From Candidatus Latescibacterota bacterium (lineage in GTDB: Bacteria > Latescibacterota > UBA2968 > UBA8231), in the NCBI GenBank assembly GCA_965200315.1, contig OZ241362.1, positions 416,001 to 480,000 of the forward strand: a stretch of 64,000 nucleotides of DNA, read 5' to 3'. The notes under the pieces are model-generated. The model was not told the DNA's origin. It saw only the letters and a list, made by a program, of their open reading frames with translations, and did not search any database. The translations under genes were made by a program, and so were the position numbers. The first letter of the stretch is position 1; each line of letters begins with the position of its first letter. Shown here in pieces: positions 59,798-64,000 of the stretch.

Positions 59798-60570
59798 TGC
59801 CGCTGTCCCAGATGCTCCATGATAGACGCAAAGAGATGCCCATTGGAAGAAAAGGCGTCCTTGCCGTATATCGTCGGCCCCCCCTGCCAATCGGTAAAGG
59901 TGCCGCCAGCTTCCTGCAGAATCGGCAACAGTGGGCCGCAATCCCACGGATTCATAATGGAGTCAAAACTGGCCTCAGCTCGGCCGGTGGCCACGAGAAT
60001 ATGGCCGTAACAATCGCCCCACCCCCGGCGTAGCCGAGTGCTGGCGACTAGTTGCTGCCACTGCTGCTCGCGGCCTTGTTCGGCAAAGCTCGGCCATGAC
60101 GTATAGCAGATGCAGGCCTGGTCCAACGCGGCTACCCCAGACACTGTCGCCCGCCGGCCATTCCACCAACAGCCCTCACCCCTAGCGGCCCACACCATCT
60201 CGTCAAGGGCTGGCATATAGCAACAGCCTACGTCAACCCCATCCGGCCCTTCCCGCGCGATAAGTACTCCGTAGAGCGGCACACCTTGGACAAAAGATTT
60301 CGTACCGTCAATGGGATCAATAAGCCAGCGCATACCGGAGCTTCCCTCAACTCGGCCAAATTCCTCGCCGACAATCCCATCGTCGGGATAGGCCCTAGCC
60401 AATAAGTCCCGTATCTTGGCCTCGGCTTCGCGATCGGCGACAGTCACCGGCGATAGGTCTTCCTTCCTCTCGGCGCGGACGCCCGACTGGAAGTAGCGCA
60501 AAGTGATCTTGCCTGCTTGCCAAGCCGCATCTACTGCAAAATCCAAACAACTCCGCAGCGACGCGCTCAA
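59794..60570 (-). CDS. hisN: Histidinol-phosphatase, inositol monophosphatase family
   Basis: SPVTVADREAE, GEEFG, WLIDPIDGTKSF, GDCYG, WD. Confidence 0.8.
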   Translation of the reverse strand: MSASLRSCLDFAVDAAWQAGKITLRYFQSGVRAERKEDLSPVTVADREAEAKIRDLLARAYPDDGIVGEEFGRVEGSSGMRWLIDPIDGTKSFVQGVPLYGVLIAREGPDGVDVGCCYMPALDEMVWAARGEGCWWNGRRATVSGVAALDQACICYTSWPSFAEQGREQQWQQLVASTRLRRGWGDCYGHILVATGRAEASFDSIMNPWDCGPLLPILQEAGGTFTDWQGGPTIYGKDAFSSNGHLFASIMEHLGQRQ

Positions 60571-61415
60571 CCCAAAATCTCTCGGCGCAGATCGGTGAGT
60601 AGCTGCAAGGCCGCGCGGATATCCCCGACTTGGTCCGGAGCGTATTCGCGCTCAATGGTCAGCGGCCCCTCGTACCCCAAATCGCGCAACTTCAAGAGGA
60701 AGGCCCTAATGTCGACGTCGCCTTGACCCAGCGGTGCGTCCTCATACCAAGGCTGGCCCGGGCGGCGCTCAATCGCGGCGTCTTTGCAGTGTACGCTACG
60801 GACAAAACGCCCCACCTGCTCCAAGGCCGCTAGCGGCGGGCCGGCTTGATAGAGGATCATATTGGCCGGGTCGAAATTGACCGCGAGGTTCTGGCGATCA
60901 ACCGCTTCGATAAAAGTGAGAAGTTCGTCGGCGGTCTCTTGACCGGTTTCTAGGTGAAAATACTGGCCGTGCCCCCGGCAGTGATCGCATACCGTGCGTG
61001 CAACTTCGACGACCGCGGCAAAATCCGAATCCGACGCCTCCGGTACAAAGCCCAAGTGCATACCGACAGCATCTACGCCTAGCGCAGCGGCAAAGTCCGC
61101 GATAGCCAGCGTCTCTTCGAGCCGGCGCTCCCGGCACTCTAAAGGCACGAGCCCGACCGTTTGCTGGGCGATCTCCGGCGTGGTGTAATCGTCGTCGGGA
61201 AAACCGGCGAAAACCACGCTGATTTCGATCCCGGCCGCGGCGAACTGGGCCTTGATTTCCGCTGTTTTCTCGGCAGTGCGAAAATCGCGACCCGGAGCGT
61301 GCAAATGCACTGTGGAAACCCCTAGCTCCTTCACCGAATCCAACCCGGCCCCTAAGCCCTCGTCAATCGAGGTAAATATGCCTGTTGCCCATTTATCCAT
61401 TTCGGTCCTCTCCAT
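60567..61415 (-). CDS. Sugar-phosphate isomerase/epimerase (xylose-isomerase-like TIM barrel)
   Basis: LETG, NFDPAN, VHCKD, GQGDVD, LTIERE. Confidence 0.85.
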   Translation of the reverse strand: MERTEMDKWATGIFTSIDEGLGAGLDSVKELGVSTVHLHAPGRDFRTAEKTAEIKAQFAAAGIEISVVFAGFPDDDYTTPEIAQQTVGLVPLECRERRLEETLAIADFAAALGVDAVGMHLGFVPEASDSDFAAVVEVARTVCDHCRGHGQYFHLETGQETADELLTFIEAVDRQNLAVNFDPANMILYQAGPPLAALEQVGRFVRSVHCKDAAIERRPGQPWYEDAPLGQGDVDIRAFLLKLRDLGYEGPLTIEREYAPDQVGDIRAALQLLTDLRREILG

Positions 61416-61484
61416 TTGGTTGCAGACAAATTAAAAGAGGGGACAGCCAAGCCATCCCCTCTTTGGTAACATGCCACGCGCCGC

Positions 61485-61640
61485 TTATCGCCTCGCGCTC
61501 CCTTCCTTTTCGTTGCGCCGCGTTCCCTCGGCCTGGGCAGCGTCCAAAACGGCCCGCACCCGCTGGCGAAAATTTTTGATCTGATCGTCTACTTCATCTA
61601 TAGAATTCAGTAGATCCTCCTCAACTGCATCTTCTGGCAT
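61485..61640 (-). CDS. Small hypothetical protein (51 aa, helical)
   Basis: AGGAG Shine-Dalgarno, MPEDAVEEDLLNSIDEVDDQIKNF; followed by a hairpin at about 61435-61464. Confidence 0.5.
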   Translation of the reverse strand: MPEDAVEEDLLNSIDEVDDQIKNFRQRVRAVLDAAQAEGTRRNEKEGSARR

Positions 61641-61692
61641 GGCATACTCCTGCGTACTTTTGGGGAGCAGGGGAGCCTGTGGGGGGTCATCT

Positions 61693-62553
61693 TCAAGCGC
61701 GGCTGTAGGAGCGCAGATGATCGCAGCGGCTGGGGTGGCGCAAGCGGTGCAGTGCTTTCTCCTTGATTTGCCGGACTCGCTCGCGCGTAAGCCCAAAACG
61801 CATGCCGATCTGGTCCAAAGTCATAGGCTCTTCCCCGTTCAATCCAAAATAGAGGCGGAGAATCTCGGCCTCGCGTCCGATGAGCCTATTCAGAGCCGAG
61901 TCAATCTGCCCGCGCAGGCAGCCGCGCATCACTTGGTTTTCAGGGGACTCTTGCCGCTCGTCTGGCAACACGTCTAGCAGACTGTGATCTTCTTCGCCGA
62001 GAAAAGCCGCGTCGAGCGACCGCATCGAACGACTGCACATCAAGGTCTCCTTGACCTCTTCAACCGGGACATCAAGCTGCTCGGCGATAGCTTCTGGGTA
62101 GGGATCGTCGGTGCGCTCTTGCTGCAAGATGCGGGATGCTTTGGATATCTTGTAGAGTAAACCGATCTTGTTCAGCGGCAGGCGGACCGTACGCGACTGT
62201 TCAGCCAGCGTCTGTAGGATGGCTTGGCGAATCCACCAAACGGCATAGGAGATGAACTTGAACCCTTTGTCTTCGTCAAAGCGCTCAGCGGCTGTGATCA
62301 ATCCCATGTTCCCAGCACTGACCAAATCTGCGAGGGGGACGCCGCGATTTTGGTATTCCTTTGCCACGCTGACCACAAAGCGCAGATTCGCTTCGACTAA
62401 GCGATTGCGTGCGTCCTCATCCCCTTGCTTGATCTTCCGCGCTAGATTGACCTCATCGGCCGGGGAGAGCGGTTTGGAATGGGCAATTTCAGCCAGATAG
62501 CTCCCGAGGCAATCTTCCAGATCCCAAAATGGAGCTTTAGTCGTACCCGCCAT
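61693..62553 (-). CDS. RNA polymerase sigma-70 factor, RpoD/SigA-like, lacking region 1.1
   Basis: ANLRFVVSVAK, GFKFISYAVWWIRQAI, TLDQIG...TRERVRQIKEKAL. Confidence 0.92.
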   Translation of the reverse strand: MAGTTKAPFWDLEDCLGSYLAEIAHSKPLSPADEVNLARKIKQGDEDARNRLVEANLRFVVSVAKEYQNRGVPLADLVSAGNMGLITAAERFDEDKGFKFISYAVWWIRQAILQTLAEQSRTVRLPLNKIGLLYKISKASRILQQERTDDPYPEAIAEQLDVPVEEVKETLMCSRSMRSLDAAFLGEEDHSLLDVLPDERQESPENQVMRGCLRGQIDSALNRLIGREAEILRLYFGLNGEEPMTLDQIGMRFGLTRERVRQIKEKALHRLRHPSRCDHLRSYSRA

Positions 62554-62626
62554 GGAACCATCCTCTTCGTTATAGAGTGGGGAGGAAAAGGAAAGCTACA
62601 CGTTCTTCAAACTAAAGATTGGGTAT

Positions 62627-62655
62627 AACTTAGCCGGGGGCACAAAACCTGTCAA
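62627..62655 (-). promoter_or_regulatory. Sigma-70-type promoter for the sigma factor gene
   Basis: TTGACA-17 nt-TAAGTT on the minus strand. Confidence 0.55.
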
Positions 62656-62673
62656 GCAATTTCTCCCAAACCC

Positions 62674-63393
62674 CTAAGCCCCCGTAAGTTCGCTTAAAAC
62701 AGACTGTTGCACATCTAGTAGGCGCTTTATGCCCACAGCAGCCAAGTCAAGTAACTCAATGGCCTGCACCCGGGTAAAGGGACGCCCCTCGGCCGTGCCT
62801 TGGACTTCGACTATCCCCTCCGAGCTGGTCATAACGACGTTCATATCGGTTTCGGCGCGGCTATCTTCCTCATAGCACAGATCCAATAGGGGCTGGTTCC
62901 CTACTATCCCAACGCTAACGGCGGCGACCTGATCTACTAGTACAGGGACAGGGCCTTGCAGCGTCTGCAACGCCTCTACTAAAGCTACATAAGCTCCTGT
63001 TATTGAGGCCGTGCGCGTTCCGCCATCCGCTTGTATGACATCGCAATCGACATACAGCGTCCGCTCGCCTATTTGCTTCAAATCCACTACCACTCGCAAC
63101 GACCGACCGATTAGACGCTGAATTTCACGCGCCCGACTATTGGGTTCGCGGGCTACCCGGCGTGTAGAGGAGCCGGGGAGCATGCTATACTCCGCAGTCA
63201 ACCAGCCCTTGCCGGTCCCCACCAGAAAGGGCGGGACCCCATCGACGGACGACACTGTGCAGAGCACCTTTGTATCGCCCATTTCGATCAGGGCCGATCC
63301 AGCCGCCGTTTTCAAGTACCTCGGCGAGATCCGCACCGACCGCAATTGATCGGGCTGGCGGCCATCGCTGCGCTTCCAGCTTGTCTCATTCAT
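62674..63393 (-). CDS. rph: Ribonuclease PH
   Basis: [52 protein letters not shown]. Confidence 0.96.
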   Translation of the reverse strand: MNETSWKRSDGRQPDQLRSVRISPRYLKTAAGSALIEMGDTKVLCTVSSVDGVPPFLVGTGKGWLTAEYSMLPGSSTRRVAREPNSRAREIQRLIGRSLRVVVDLKQIGERTLYVDCDVIQADGGTRTASITGAYVALVEALQTLQGPVPVLVDQVAAVSVGIVGNQPLLDLCYEEDSRAETDMNVVMTSSEGIVEVQGTAEGRPFTRVQAIELLDLAAVGIKRLLDVQQSVLSELTGA

Positions 63394-64000
63394 TGATATG
63401 CATCCGATAATCAGGGCCGTCCATAGGGATGAACTGGCACATCTCCACTAGGCGCGAATAGATGCGGCCTTCGGCGAGCTTCTCAAGTTCGTCGAGGGGC
63501 TGATTGGTGGTAACAACCGTGAATCGCTGATCGCCGTAGCGGGCATCTACGAGATCGTAGAGCATTTCTATTTCCCACTCGGTCCCCCGCTGAATACCGA
63601 AGTCGTCTAGGACGAGGTAGGGCATAGTACACAACTCTTCGAGCATTGACCAAGTGCGGCCATAGCGCTCGCTATCGGCTGAATAGGTATCGCGCAATTT
63701 CTGAAAATACGTGCGCGACAGACTAAGGAAGCGACCCGGCTTGGTCCAGCGCAGCATGAGTTCGTTGAGTGTGATGCAGCCCATCAAGGTCTTGCCCGTG
63801 CCGGGATTTCCTTGGAGGAGATAGCCGCGCTTAGGCTCTTCTGCTGAATCAATCAGATCTTGGTGAATGCGGAGATAGACCGTGGCCGCTAGGTCAATGC
63901 GAGCCCCGTCTGGTGCCGCCATTCGGAAATCATCGACGAACTTCCACTTGTAGCGCTCGGGGATATCGGCTTGGCGAAACAGGCGGTTGGTTTCCGTCAT
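63386..64000 (-). CDS. DnaC/IstB-like ATP-binding protein (probably 5'-truncated by window edge)
   Basis: IPERY, Walker A GNPGTGKT, Walker B LVLDDFG, VTTN, RIYSRL.EM. Confidence 0.85.
   Translation of the reverse strand: MTETNRLFRQADIPERYKWKFVDDFRMAAPDGARIDLAATVYLRIHQDLIDSAEEPKRGYLLQGNPGTGKTLMGCITLNELMLRWTKPGRFLSLSRTYFQKLRDTYSADSERYGRTWSMLEELCTMPYLVLDDFGIQRGTEWEIEMLYDLVDARYGDQRFTVVTTNQPLDELEKLAEGRIYSRLVEMCQFIPMDGPDYRMHINE

Noticed and set aside
63386-64000. IS21 IstB transposition helper
   Set aside because: Overlaps rph directly with no room for a terminal repeat; a DnaC-like loader is more likely, but the upstream context is outside the window

Overview
About 60% GC bacterial chromosomal segment, mostly housekeeping genes: hprK (partial), mutL, a Xer-like tyrosine recombinase, leuS, asnS, pnp-rpsO-riboflavin kinase-truB-rbfA-infB-nusA-rimP, der, tRNA-Gly(CCC), miaA, NFACT/rqcH, valS, murQ, HU, hemL, an M16 peptidase pair, trmJ, gmd, gcvP/gcvT, coaE, clpP/clpX, epmA, trxA, holA, hisN, a sigma-70 factor, rph and a DnaC-like ATPase (partial). 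There is one accessory stretch (about 31.0-37.2 kb) encoding secreted repeat proteins and an XRE regulator. FlgD/dockerin/PD40/FGE surface proteins, a 'WGxIK' C-terminus and a short RpoD suggest an FCB-related lineage such as Ca. Latescibacterota (inference only). The most striking signal is at the left end, which looks like the replication terminus because gene orientation and G/C skew both flip there. A perfect 13-6-13 palindrome sits just upstream of the lone Xer-like recombinase. Four dif-like 11-6-11 sites lie at gene junctions; two of them are 27/28 identical, inverted, and bracket a 3.5-kb segment carrying mutL (with degenerate endonuclease motifs) and the recombinase, making a candidate invertible mutL cassette. 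Other notable items are a split FAD pathway (monofunctional riboflavin kinase plus archaeal-type RibL), a probable ATT start codon for rimP, and a cluster of structured RNAs with an orphan IS605/TnpB right end between coaE and clpP. All calls are by eye; no searches were run.
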